This document shows positions 51,198-64,000 of a DNA stretch of 64,000 nucleotides, one piece after another. The DNA lies in NCBI GenBank assembly GCA_002633005.1, contig NMRA01000167.1, forward strand, positions 550,460-614,459. Direction: 5' to 3'. The notes beneath the pieces are model-generated. The model saw only the letters and a program-made list of their open reading frames with translations, was not told the origin of the DNA and made no database searches. The position numbers and the translations under genes were made by a program. Position 1 is the first letter of the stretch; the number at the start of each line of letters is the position of its first letter. The DNA comes from Phoronis australis. Its lineage: Eukaryota; Animalia; Phoronida.

Positions 51198-51453
51198 TTT
51201 TGTACCTGTGTAAACCATACAGTGTGCAAGTTTAACAAGACTGTTATAGCATCGAATCATACTTTTAAATCCACGGCTCAGTAAAATATTTGGACTACCA
51301 TTGAACATGAAAGTACAACGTTCTTTACATGTATTCTTGTGGCTTTGTCCAATTGAATTCTTATAGCATAGTATAGTATGTCAACTATACCCAAAAACTT
51401 TTCAGATAATCTGTTCAACAGAAGACACACCAAACACTGTTTCTCTGACTTAC

Positions 51454-51510
51454 GTAATCACCGATAGTCACTAACAGCAGCTTATCATGTTCAAGCGTCA
51501 AATTTACTAA
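51454..51510 (-). other. Candidate non-coding 5' UTR exon of the SLC22 gene (5' boundary unknown)
   Basis: Consensus donor GTAAGT at 51453-51448, about 250 nt upstream of the acceptor at 51206 that precedes the ATG. Confidence 0.35.
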
Positions 51511-51747
51511 ACGTTGATTTGTTCCTTTTCTCAGATGAGAAGTGATTTTTGGGTTCAGCAAAAATGGCAGTTGCTAAAAAGTCATGACCCGCGGTGAAAA
51601 GTTCAAGTTTTTCTTCTTTCAAAGCCCGGAAACCGCAGTTAATTTCACAAACAGGATCAATTCTAGAAGAAATTCATAGAGGAAAGAAGACTAAGTCAAT
51701 TCAAGGATTTTTAAGGTACAAGGTTTTGAGCCCAGTTCATGTGATGG

Positions 51748-52109
51748 TGTTTACATCCGAGGGTATATTTACAGCGGAATGTATCTTTACACCTGGATGT
51801 ATATTTACACCCGAGTGTATATTTACAACCGAGTGTATGTTTACATCTGAAAGTATATTCACACCCGAGTGTATAACACACCCGAGTGTATATTTACACC
51901 CTATTGAATATTTACACCCGAGTGTATATTTACACCCGAGTGTATGTTTACATCTGAAAGTATATTCACACCCGAGTGTATAACACAACCCAAGTTATAT
52001 TTACACTCGAGTGTATATTTACAGCAGAGTGTATATTTGCACCCGATTGTATATTTTTACCCGAGTGTGCATTTACACGAGTTTATATTTACGCAAGTGT
52101 GTATATTTT
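51748..52109. repeat. 18-bp minisatellite, consensus GAGTGTATATTTACACCC, about 20 units
   Basis: Directly visible; a higher-order block of about 50 bp recurs at 51831 and 51938. Confidence 0.92.
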
Positions 52110-52677
52110 CTCACCGTCGCAACTTTACATACACGTTTCAAAACATGTTCTTATCTATTGGGACTTGATCTTTTGTACAACGGCGTTGTCACAGCATAAA
52201 CATTGACGCCTAAGCTAAATGTTGGAGTAGAGGAGTAGCGCCCTTTTCAACGTGGTTGAGAGTAATTTGAACCACTAGCACTGTTTCTTCGGTTTTTGAC
52301 TAATTGCTTCATATCCATTTTGATAAAAAATTTCTCCCTGCTTTGATGAATAGGAGCAGTAACATGACTCTAGAAATAGGCTACTTTCAATTCCATACGT
52401 ATGTCACATAGCCGCCAATAATGGAAAGTGGAAAATGGGAACCTGCATTGAAAAGCGAAGGATCCGGACAAAAGGTGTTACACCTAAGTCTCTGTCAAAA
52501 TGCCGCGCAGGGTCGAAGCACCTGAAAACGCCCCTACACCGCTTTTGATTTTTTAGTCGAACGGGAAAAAAGGCTACATTGCGTGGTTAACTTTCGCTGT
52601 GTTTCAAAACGCACGACACTGGATGGTGGACTAGGGAGGTGGAACAAAAAAACGAGACATTCCTTCCAAAAGCAGAG

Positions 52678-53041
52678 CCGTTGGCAAGTACGATGGCATC
52701 AACTCTGAAGCGATGGATCTTAAAAAAGAACCAATAGGCTTACTGCAGCCATTATTATTAACTACCGGTAAAAAGAATACAGGTCATAGTAGTAGTATAG
52801 TAAGAGGTTTTGGCGTCCTATTTTTGCGGGTCCTCGGTCAAAGGTCATGAATCCGAAATGAAAGTCAAAGGTCACACGGGATGGATGCAATCGGAAGGGA
52901 CATCATCCGCCTACCGGACAGAAGTGTCAATGACGCCACATCTCCTTAAGTAATAGGTTTAATTTGACCCGTTGGCAAGTACGATGGCATCAACTCTGAG
53001 GCGATGGATCTTATAAGAGAACAAAGAGGCCTACTGTAGCC
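52678..53041. repeat. 73-bp direct repeats (52678-52750, 52969-53041) bracketing a small TIR element (about 52801-52949)
   Basis: CCGTTGGCAAGTACGATGGCATCAACTCTGA.GCGATGGATCTTA occurs twice; the inner inverted pair is AAGAGGTTTTGGCGTC / GACGCCACATCTCCTT. Confidence 0.8.
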
Positions 53042-56000
53042 GATAAGACAAAAGTTTATTGTCCATAAAACTTTAAATAACCTCCGTTACATGGAATACA
53101 TGTCATGTTATTAAAGACATGAACATAATAAAAACATACATGTAGGAAAATGCTAGGAGCATAAATCAGGTAAAAATAATAAAACTTAACCGTTCACACA
53201 GATTATCGCATATGTTCATTGAATAGAAACAGTATTTTACATTATATCATGCTAAATTACATTATGATATTATGAGGGAAAAGTTGAAAAACATCCAAAT
53301 ACTGTGTCGAAACTGCTATTAGAGGCATGCTATACTAGCGCTATCAGAATGAAAAAGTTCTTGAAATCCAGTAAGCTCCACGCACGCACCCAAGAGGCTC
53401 CATGCACGGTCAAATTACACACCAATAGACTATATTCCATGACTGTACTCCTTAATTTGCAACTAGAATAGAAAGGCGTGACTTTGGAACATAGTTCCTA
53501 CAACTTGGCCATCGTGCATGAAGCATTTTCGGTGCCTCTGTCGAGTTCAACGATGCAAATCTTAGGACTTTGTTTCTGCTGGTTCGGGCTCGAGTTTAGG
53601 GGATTTTGCCGTAACTGGAACGAACAGTCGCTTACAGAGAGTGTTCACCCCTTGATTAGATGATATTTAGTAATAAGCTGAACATTGACCTTTGAGGGAA
53701 AATCTAGAATGAATTACTCAAATCCCAATTGTTTGGTCAACGTTTATGATTTCTAATTGCATTGATTGTGTCTGGTAGGCGGAGTATTCGAAATAAATAA
53801 TGTCGATCTGTATTTGCAAAAGTTATAAGTTATGCAAATTTGTGATGTAATAACCTGCAAACTGATTTCATTGAAGTCATTGACCATTAAAACATAAGTA
53901 CACATATCGAAATAATCTACATGAAATGCCCCGTGAGGCAGCTTCAAACAGAGACAAATTTTGGGATAGTGGTGGCCATTATTTGCATCACTTATGCTAA
54001 CTCATCTTGCAACAGCCTGAAAACTGAATACCTTCAATTAATTGACCCTAAAAATGGGAGAAAATATCATTATCGTGTAACTGTGGTGTTTTCATCCCAG
54101 CAATAAGCACAAGAAGACTTTTATATAATGGCGTCCCTAATTTGCATAAATGATCAAACTCACGATCTATCCACCTATAAACGAGCTCCATTAGATTCAC
54201 TCACCGTGGAAACATAGGTGAATTCATCAAAATAATCTATCAACATGTACAGTATGGTACTTGGTATGGACGTTACTAGCAAATTAAAAAAAGAAGTTTG
54301 CACACTGGCTGCCTTAAAATATTCAGGGTTGTCGAGACTACAACTTAGCTAAAATGCTTGGGGGGGGGGCACCCTAACAAGAAACAAGCAGAAAAGCTGC
54401 CAAGAATGTCTAAGTCCCCTTTGGTGACCCTATGTGTGGCCACAAGACTAGAACACAAGCTTTCTAGTTGACTTTATTTTAGTGGACAGCTTCATCGCCA
54501 GGATATTTTGATTGCCAATGAACTTATTTACTAATAGTTCATTGTTTTTTAATTTGCTAATAAATCGTTGGTACTTAAGAGGCATTAAACCGGCGATTTC
54601 TATTAAAAACAATTTCAAGTACTACTATGTTCGACATTTAAAAATAAAGTAAACATTTTGTTAAGTGGCACACCTAATCATTGACCGGTTCCTTAACGGA
54701 TTTTTTAATACAGAGTCTAATGTAGTTTGTTAATGTTGGTAGTGAAATGTTATTTCTTCTGGATTAATTTGTCACGTTATATCATCAATTCCAAATCATT
54801 GTATTTCAGTTGTAGGGACCTAGTTATTTGATTTAAACTTTCATTTCACTTGCATAACCATATAATTCCTTCAACCCAGGTACATTGGCCTTTGGTTTCT
54901 GCCGGTTTGCTTTTGCTGTTCGGTATGCTTGTTTCATACAATAACTGTTATCTTGTTCATTCCTGTGGCGTGTTACCATATATTTGTGCAAGTTTCCTCA
55001 AGATTTACACGTATTTTTCTTTAGGCTAAAATGAAAACACGGACGGGACTTTTTGGAGGTTGTGACAGACCGTATATTTTGTTATGTCCAGCATTAGATT
55101 CATATTGTCCGTTTTTTCAATCCAAATGTCCAATTTTTCGTTTTTAAATATTAGCGAATCAGATGTCTGAGAGAAAATCTTGCTTACGTTAACAATGTGC
55201 ACTGGTTACAAAAAGTACATGTACCTGTATTCCAATATGGCTGTGTCTTTGGCTAAGATTTAGAAGAGAAGAGCTAGTTTGACTTTATTGCCCAGAAGTA
55301 GACTGAAAACACAGCGAAATTTAGTGAGCAGGTTCGCTAGTCAGTCGAATTCTAAGTGGAATCCCGGGACGGGTGCTTAGATATGGCCTGTAGAGCTGAG
55401 GTATAGCTTAAGCGTAATACAGAATGCATTGCAATAATAAAAAATATGTTTACACATTATTCAGGCATACATGTACGTGCACGTCGGCATTACAATAAAA
55501 ACGGTAACAGCGCTAAAACGGCACGTTTAAGTCCCTAACTCGGTCCGAAGGTCGACTTGATAATGCAATTATCCTCATTTTGCCTGAGGCAAGAGAACAA
55601 ATCAACAGGGCAAATTTGTGCTCTTTATGGCTATTCAGAATAAGCTACAACTCTCCTTAAGAAAGACAATCGCAAACATTGAATAACATTCATAGCGATG
55701 TTAACAGGACGTTAGACCTTAAGATTTAGAATTAATGATAACGGATAACCACTCACTGTTTTTTGCGATAAAAGATAACCATAGCGTGAAATGATCGTGA
55801 TAGAATCTCAGTGGTTACAGGGACTATAATCTTGACACGCTGTTATCAGCGTTTTCAATAGTTCATTAACCCCTCGGCTGTGGGGGTAATTATCATGATA
55901 ATTACGCCTGGTCTGGTAATGGAACTACTTTTAAGTGAATGGTGAGATGCCTTGAACATCAACACAACACAATTCGTTATTAAGGCACACGGATACAGAA

Positions 56001-56790
56001 CTTACATATAATTGCAACACAGGCGTGTTTGTGGATACCACCAAATATCTATGTCGCGGTCGAACCGCTGTTCACCATTGATCGTAAAGGGGTGGTCTTA
56101 AAACGTTCCCGATAATTCTCGTGAAAAAAAGATGGAATTTTGAAGCAAAAACTTTCGGTAAATTTTCAACAATTTTAGTGTCATTTTTCGTCCAACTTCC
56201 TTCCGGATTTTCGCCATGACTTCCGACAAAAATCGTTAACTCTTGAAATTAGCGTCACTTCGGGATTTTTGCTTCATTACGGCGTTTTCCCGTTGCTCCC
56301 AACTTGTTCGATTCTATAGCTCAGCAACAAGTTGGGAAGTTTACCCCTGTAGCCAATATCTCACACGACTGATTGACTCCACTCTGGCATTCGTGGTTGG
56401 CGGGCCAGTTTTCTTTTGTTCAATAATTGCTCTTATCTTCAGTAAGATCATACCTGATCTGACTGGGCTTTGCTGTTAAAAATCAAAGTTAAGTTATAAC
56501 ATATTTGAACATAAACCAAAGCATTTCTGAAATTCTCGTCAAATGGTGATCATGTTTAGTTTTTGAATCGCCAAAATCGACTAACAGCAACCGAAGTAAC
56601 GATAACCTATTCTTTCTCACTGTACCAATTCACTCTGGATTTGATGGTGTTCACATGTAGTCTGTAATAAGCCTGATAGATAATAGCGGATTTGCAGCGA
56701 CGCCATATTGAAATTAGGTTAAAATGGTGCATTGTGGGTGCTGTGGTCAGGATTCTGAAAGCGGCCATAGTAACAAGCATAATACGCGGT

Positions 56791-58047
56791 ATGAGCGCGA
56801 AGAAAACTTACGGCGGATACACTTGTTGTGTTCCTGGCTGCTTCAAAAACAACAAGAGAGATAAAAATCTGAGTTTTTATGTGTACCCAGCAAACCAAGA
56901 ACTTCGTGAAAATGGATAAACAACATTAGGAGAGCTGGGAGTAAGGGGAAATTTAGCGCATTCAAACCAACGCGGGGCCATCTACGTGAGGCAACACGTA
57001 GCCCCTCGGTTGGCCATATAGGGGCTACAATACTTCCATTCGCTTTCTGTATTCATTTTGTTACTTCAGTGTATTTTAAATGGGCCGTGACCGGATTTGG
57101 GTTACCGATTTCGAGTTTTCACCTCGTCAAAAATACAATCTACACTTAAAACTATCATTTAAGAAACGCTTACTTTCATCATTGGTCCTTTTTACTTCTA
57201 TACATATCTTTGATAAAGCTTAGTTGTGAGAATTTAGTTGACTTTGGCGAAGAATTACAACTCCACTGTTTTGGTTGCCGTTAATTTTATCACCGCGTGC
57301 GCGATAACCACAAAGCGTGTCAACTGAATCCCGTGAGTTAGGCAAAGGTTAGCGCGAGACTGAGCGAAGCGCGTGACGCTAGCGCGCGACACTTGTAAAA
57401 TAGCATAAGGTATCGGGTGAAACTTGTAAGATGTGTGTCCCTTCGACTTTTTATTCGTCAACATGCGTTATTTCACGTAACTTCCTCAAAATGGCACCCG
57501 GTAACTGAGAGAAACTCGAGCAAACCGCGACAGATTTTCAGTCATCGATTTGTTTAAGTTTTGCTGACTAAATTGTATACAGAGTCGTGGTATGTGTTAA
57601 TTATAACTCCGTGTTCCTATATGTATGGTTCATTTGATTTTATTTGCTGTATTTTGAAATGAGTAACTTTTTGTGATGATGTACTATCGCCCCTGAATGC
57701 CTGCGGCATCCAGTGCGATGTAATTGCCTAGGGGCCATCGTGTGTGCAGCGAACATTTTCCTGGTGAAAAAAGACTTATGATAACAACATTCCGACGAAG
57801 TTTCCTCTTAAAATTAACGTCTCTAGCATATACACGGCGAAAGCTACAAAAGTTAAGCAACCCAAGAACTCTCAAGTTGTCTGAAACCGGAGGAGATTTC
57901 GAAATCAACGCCGATAGCCCCAATACTGAACATGACGACAGTCGTGCCCTCGGTCACTCGGTCACTGATCATAGCTGCGCTGTGTTTACAAACGAGAGAG
58001 AGGATTTGCTTGGTATTATAAAGCAAAAAATGATACATGGTTTTTAG
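56791..58047 (+). pseudogene. THAP zinc-finger N-terminus of a decayed DNA-transposon gene, interrupted by an insertion
   Basis: [50 protein letters not shown][insert]RVCSEHFPGE/KTYDNNIPTKFP. C2CH ligands, conserved W and the xPTxF box are present; two frameshifts. Confidence 0.85.
56983..57730. mobile_element. 748-bp non-coding insertion flanked by a 9-bp TSD (GGGGCCATC)
   Basis: GGGGCCATC at 56974-56982 and 57731-57739; removing the insert restores the THAP frame. Ends read TACGTGAGGCAA...TTGCCTA (short imperfect inverted ends). Confidence 0.8.
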
Positions 58048-60797
58048 TTTGCAAATCACTCCAAATGCACACACTTGCCTGTTGTCATACCAGACAAAAG
58101 ACCGTGCTTAGCAGTTAACAAAGAAGCTAGATGTTATCACACGCTCACAACCCCCTTCGTCAGGTAAAGTTACTGAACGAGAAAACGCTGTCATGTTACG
58201 ACAAAAATGCCTGTGCTTGTGCACGGTCACCCGTTGCTCTCATTTTGAAACGGCAAAAAACGATAAGACTACAGTTAACACATGTGCTCACGATACCCAC
58301 GAGAACTGATTACTTAGAATACTGTGGCACTGCGCAAATGAGACCGTTGCGGATTCATAAATTCGTGAAATAATGTTAACTCAGGTTTACTGATATTCCA
58401 CGCCAACTTCTGTGTATTTACTTTGAAATTAGAAGTGTAAATTAAATTATTAACCTATATAAAAATTAAAACAAAGGAAACAGCTTTACCGCGTAGTAAT
58501 ACTAAAAGTTACTTCAAACTCGGCTGATCTGACCGAAGCGACCTCAGGGCTAAAACTTCACCGATATTTACGGAGAGAGCACGCAGGTCAAATTTTTTAT
58601 AAAATCTAGAACTTAAAAAAGGTTAAATCTCAGTACACGTGACAGTCTTGCGAAAGTGCGAGACCTTGCAAGGGATTACAAATGAACCACGTGATCACAC
58701 CTCCTTCCATTGCTATATTATTGAATCTAAAGCCACGGTTCGGGCCTCTGTAGCGGTGCCCAAAATGAAGAAAGCGGAATGTGACACGTTTGATGGCAAT
58801 TTTGTGGAGTAAATTGGAGGCGATTGCCAAGAATGGTATTCACTAGTTTCTTAAAGTTATTTTGTCAGTAAAGGAAATCCAGTTAAGGACTTGGCCTTTG
58901 CTCCTCCCCGGATAGGGGAGTCCCGCAATTTTTCGAGCACATCCTTGTTCAGTGGAAAAATTTGATACTAATACAGGTAACGTTCAGACAAATGGATATT
59001 GACGAAAATCTGGTCGGCAATCCATACCTCTCTGTAATCTAGGGTGCAAACGCATTTGGACGACTGTCTCCTCTCTGCTACCGGATGTTTCTTGAATTTG
59101 TGATTTTATAGAGAAAAAATGCAAAAAAATTCATCATTTCTTCATCTCAAACTGTTTTTCGACAGATAACCTGTCTTGAAGTTCTTCATCTTTGGGAAAC
59201 CCCGTCGAGTGTGCGTTTCGTAAGTTACATGTATACCTTTTTCATGTATATTGAGAACAGGTTTAAAGAAGTGACTTTGTTGACCCAGACCAGTGATAGC
59301 GTAGAGATTGAGGATTCGAACTGTCGTCTTTGCCATAGCTAGGTCACAGAAATGTCAACACATCTAATATAAATCTGCGTCTTTTACCATTTGCAAATGT
59401 AAAATTTGAGCGGGACAATTTTGCAAAGATAATCTCTCGAATACCTTAGTTTTTGAAGATCGTTATCGGGAAAGCATTTAGAAAGGATTTGTTTGTGCCG
59501 CACTCGCTGAGTACTGAGATCAAACTCACGGGGTGGGGGAGATTTTATGGCCCTCTTCTTGTCAGTCTAACGGATTCTTTATGCGTTTTACATATTACGT
59601 GTCCGGTCAATAGGCTATGTACGACCTTATTGATAAGGCTGAGTGTTTAGACAAAATGATTACAGATTTAAAGCTTTAACTTAGTAAAGGTATTTAATTT
59701 CTGAAAGTATAAATCCAGTAGAATTTGATTTTCAACTTTTTAATAATCTGCCCTTAACTGTGCCACGTGACCAGGTCTTCTTAGTAAAAGTTGTCAAACA
59801 AGACAGGTGGCGTGAGATGGAGTGAACTTCAACTGCCGGTTCTGCGTCCCGGAAATCGCCACATTCCTCTTGGCTACATGGGCGTGCATCAAGCGTCACT
59901 TGAACGTATCTCTTAAAGCGTTTATATTGCAGTACCGCGTAAATCTGCAAGATTTGGTGTCTTCAGTTCTTGGCCTACTCTTTTCTTATTGTTCATCACA
60001 AAAATAAAGCTGCAAAATTATCGAACAGTTTCCACTGCACATGCAATTAGATCATTTTATGAGCGGTAGGTTTTCAGTTGTTGTTTGTGGATGGCTGGCA
60101 AACTAATATCGAATTAGGCCACTTTCTTTCTGTCAAATTCGCTCCCCTATTATTTTTAATAATCGTTTTCCGTTTCCAACAAGAATATCGAAAAAATGAG
60201 CATCTCATCAAGCGGTTCAGAATTTATTTGGTCATACCTACTGTGATTTCGAAAATGGCGCATGTTTACGCCTTGAGTTGGCCGCGTATTCGGCAACAGC
60301 GTTGGATCCCAAAACTCTCAGGTTGAGTCATCACCTTTGGCTAATAAACGACGTAAAATTATTGACCAAAGCATAAGCTGCACTTCACTTTCGGTTAGTT
60401 TAAGCGTGACCTTAACTTTGTTCTTTAGACACCTAACTTCTAATCTCACAAATCAACCGAAACGTTTGATAACAAAAACGTCAGTACTTTACCGATTTAG
60501 AACTGCACCATGGAAGGTTTCTCTCTAGCTTGCTTGATGTGTGACTAGTACTGTCACAAACCCAGTAAGCCTATGGCTGTGGAGCGTTTGATGACCTGAA
60601 TTCGTAATCTTTTGACACCGCCGTAAACTGACTAGATTATAGAACGTACTTCAATGCAACGTCAATAACTTTATTTGGCCATGGATTTTGGATGTGAATT
60701 GTATAAAGTGAACGCGGCTTCGCAAACAAAGTTACGTCACTATGTTACAATGTATATACATTTATATAACAGACTTTACTTCGGGAGCAAGTTTTCG

Positions 60798-61528
60798 GTT
60801 ATACAGAATTTGTTAAATGCACGACACTTTTCATTGTTCACAGTCTTTATTCCGTTACGGAATTATCGGAATAGGAAGTCCTCCAACTTGGTCATGAAAA
60901 ATAACATTTCTAAAGCGAAAGTCCGCCCCGTCGCACAGTGTAATGTGTTGTTTATGAGTTTGTATGCCCTATGAACGAATGTCTTCGTTCAAACGTCAAA
61001 CAATGTTACATTGGTCAAACGGTTTGCAGTCTTTCCCGTCGGTTATCCATGCATCTTCAAAATGGCGCCATTCAAGATCATTTTCTGCAATGCCACGCAC
61101 GTAAAATCACCCGTCAAGAAACTGTGGATACACGTCAATTCGCTATGTGGAGCAAGATGTGCTGCGTTTGAAAGTATTAGAGTCCCTTTTAATTGCTTTT
61201 GAGAAGCCTGTTTTGAATGAGCAGCAAACAGGGTCTCGCCGCACGTTACACTTGTTCGCGTGACTTTCCTGTTACCCCCCTTCATTAGTCATTCTTTGCA
61301 AGATTTCACACACCCCGTGTCTCACTGTGTGTGTCGTCAGCTTATACTCTGTGGTGGCATTACTACAAGTATGGTTCGTAATATCGTGTGTCATTTAATT
61401 ATGTCGCTAGGTCAGTTACTGTATCTATGTTCAGTTGAGAGTAGAGTTTTGTTCCGAAAGTACGAACGTAACGGAATAAAGACTGTGAACAATGCAAAGT
61501 GTCGTGCTTTTAACAAATTCTGTATAAC
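60798..61528 (+). mobile_element. 5'-truncated Penelope-like retroelement (GIY-YIG remnant) with inverted terminal repeat
   Basis: With two frameshifts, 60861-61263 reads YRNRKSSNLVMKNN..NV/VYEFVCPMNEC..CYIGQT..LSRRLSMH..GAIQDHF..H/..RLKVLESLLIAFEKPVLNEQ..LHLFA*. 60798-60859 is the reverse complement of 61467-61528 (60/62), which contains AATAAA. Confidence 0.88.
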
Positions 61529-64000
61529 AATGTAAACTCAGTTCTACTTACAGGGGGGCCCTGGATGTTAATCAAACTTTTACAAAAGTGTAGATTTAAA
61601 CTGGATAAGTTTATGGATTTTCTGAGATTAGAAAGATTTTAGAATTTGTTGTTTTTATCATTCTGCCATAACTGGGTCTCATAACCGTATACTTTTATTA
61701 AAATCTCTCCAATACGGATATTCCAGGGCCGTAGCCAGGGGGCTGGGGGGCTCAAAGACAAACCCACATTCCAGTCTAATATTCCGCTCGGTGCGGAAAA
61801 AAGAAAACGTCGAAAAGTTAAGACGGCCTACCTCTCTTTCTTTCTTCAAAATTAACGTTTTCAGTGAACGTGAAGAAATTTGCAAAGGACCATGAATAAA
61901 AGGCAAAGAAATAAGTTCTAGGGAATATTTATAAAGAACACACAACAAAGTGACGTCAGAGTAACATTCTTGCCGGAGAATTTGCCAAGTAATAAATGTG
62001 TCACTACAGTTTTCATTTGGAAGTTTGTTCAAGAACTCGAGAATTTCAAGCGGTCCTTTAAAATATGACTCTTGTAAAAATAATGCAGTAGTTGACCGGT
62101 TCTAGCATGTACATTCTCACATTTGCTCGATTTGCGCGCCAGCAAAGACTGTTCATATTTATTGTCAAAAGACTGAAATCCTGACAGCGATCGCTGATTG
62201 ACTGATACACATGTATGTCAGTGACGTGTTGATGGGGCATGGACTGGTTAGGCCCTACTTTGACCTGCCATTTTGTGACATTGAGAGTAGAAATAATTTA
62301 CTAAATAAAATCGTATTTTCGATACCCTTTCGTTATATTCTTTTAGCCTTTCTTGCCAAAAGCGATTTTTAACAGTATTTGACGATTCTCTGGGAGCGTA
62401 TAATTACCAGCAGCCATCGGTTATTTCCGTACCCACATTTCCGGGTGGTCAGTTCAGGAACTTGTCCTGAACGCGGTCATTTTGTCCTTGTACATGTATC
62501 TGAATGTGCTATCGCTTGCTCGAAAAGTCTTCATTATTTTGTTTTATTAGTAATTTCTCGTATTTATAGTTTGTAGCTAGTGGTCATTGAGTTTTTTGGA
62601 ATGTTACGCGTACTTTTGGTGTTTAGTTCCTGTTATGTGGGGTGGTCGAACCAATATGAGTCGAACCAAATTTTATCTTTCGTTTTGATTTTTTTTTTCG
62701 TTTTGAAAAAGTACTTCGCTATTATCGGAAAGGTAGTGCATTTTACTCAGTAAAAATCGAAAAAGTATCAAAATTGAGGCAAGCAGTGTAAAGTTATTGC
62801 AATTTTTGTGGCGAAATTTGGGTCACTTTGTTTGGATCGCGTCGGCCATATTGGAGGACAGCGGGATAAGTTACGAGTTTTAAAACTTTGTGTAAATTGT
62901 TTTCGCCCAGCAATTTACGGGGTGAAATTTAGTGAGACATATCTTTACTTAATATTCTGCACGATTGAACAGTTTTCACCAAATTTCAGCGTCGCAGTTG
63001 TTTCTTATTAAGTGATAAATGTGCTCACAATTCCCGATGGACTTCGTCTCATTTCTGGCAGCACCGACAACATGGCGACTTTTGCTGAACTGGAAGGCAT
63101 GTTCAATCCTTTACTTTGTAATTTGTGAAAATTTAACGTTGATACATTTTAATAAACGTTGCTACAAAAAAGGAACTTTGTTCAATTTTCGTGTTTTTGT
63201 ACAAAAATATAAGATTCAGTATATTCGAATTATTTTACTGTGAATTTTCCATTCAGGTGATCTTACACCAAGCTAAAAAATAGTTGAAATAATTTTGAAA
63301 TGTTTTTTTTGACTATCAATTGCTGTTCAAGGCTAGATTAGGTGTCACAAAATGATTCGCATTTTTCTAAATTTTAAGTCTAAATTGATTTCAAGTCATG
63401 TTTTGTAACTTATTGCTTTCTTAATTCAGGTTATCAAGTCAACTATATGAAGAATATTAATTAGAGAAATAAGCTATGTTGGATTGTGAATCTTCAAGCC
63501 TCCAATTCTTGTTCCTTGCAACTTCATATTTTTTAAATTATGCTTGTCAAGTTCTGGTGTAAGGAAACACTATTCGGTCACCATGGTAATAGATACATGT
63601 ATGTTCACTTTCATATCATGGGAAATTGTGCTGTTGAATAGTTCTTGTAATGCTTAAATGTTGTAAAGTATTGTGCATTTTAAGTTACTTATTATGGTAA
63701 AAGGTTGAATCATTTTGGCTTAATGAATAAAAAATTATAACATTTTGTATTGGACTTGTCATACTTATGTGCCCCTATTTGGAGAAATGGAAAAGGTTTG
63801 CCTCAGTCAGAGAAGCACGAACTCCGAAAAAAGTAGAAAACAAGACAAAAGTCCACTAGAAGACAGGAAGTATCAAAACTTAGCGTCTACAATTCATAGC
63901 TCTGAACCTACCCACTGAATCTTATAGTAAAAACGTGGACATTCCCAAAAATTCCAGCCCCCCCATTTTTAAGGCTTGGTGCGCTCATGAAAAAGTCTGG

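Noticed and set aside
51198-51308. 37-aa N-terminal extension of SLC22 in the ORF track
   Set aside because: No family resemblance, and a CAG acceptor lies 8 nt upstream of the better-context ATG at 51197.
51594-52206. Repeat array as a CRISPR, and its repetitive ORFs (FTPECI.., HPSVYL..) as proteins
   Set aside because: Head-to-tail 18-bp units without unique spacers, no cas genes, eukaryotic context; the ORFs arise from the stop-poor repeat.

Overview
This is eukaryotic, AT-rich animal genomic DNA from a draft scaffold with single-N joins and N-gaps; an invertebrate origin is my inference. One intact gene can be reconstructed by hand. It is a minus-strand SLC22-family (MFS organic ion) transporter with 11 coding exons from 51197 to 33041, all introns GT-AG, phases consistent, 1692 nt / 563 aa. 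I found no convincing coding exon in 1-32 kb. The rest is transposon debris: a 5'-truncated Penelope-like GIY-YIG retroelement with an inverted terminal repeat (60.8-61.5 kb), a THAP pseudogene split by an insert with a 9-bp target-site duplication (TSD, 56.8-58.0 kb), a second THAP-like relic, short CA...TG elements sharing 5-bp TSDs, foldback palindromes, tRNA-derived heads and an 18-bp hairpin minisatellite. Two duplications straddling single Ns are probably redundant haplotypes. The octamer TACATGTA is strongly over-represented and may mark transposon excision footprints. I see no CRISPR, operon or other prokaryote-type system, and no clearly new biological system. All coordinates were read by eye.
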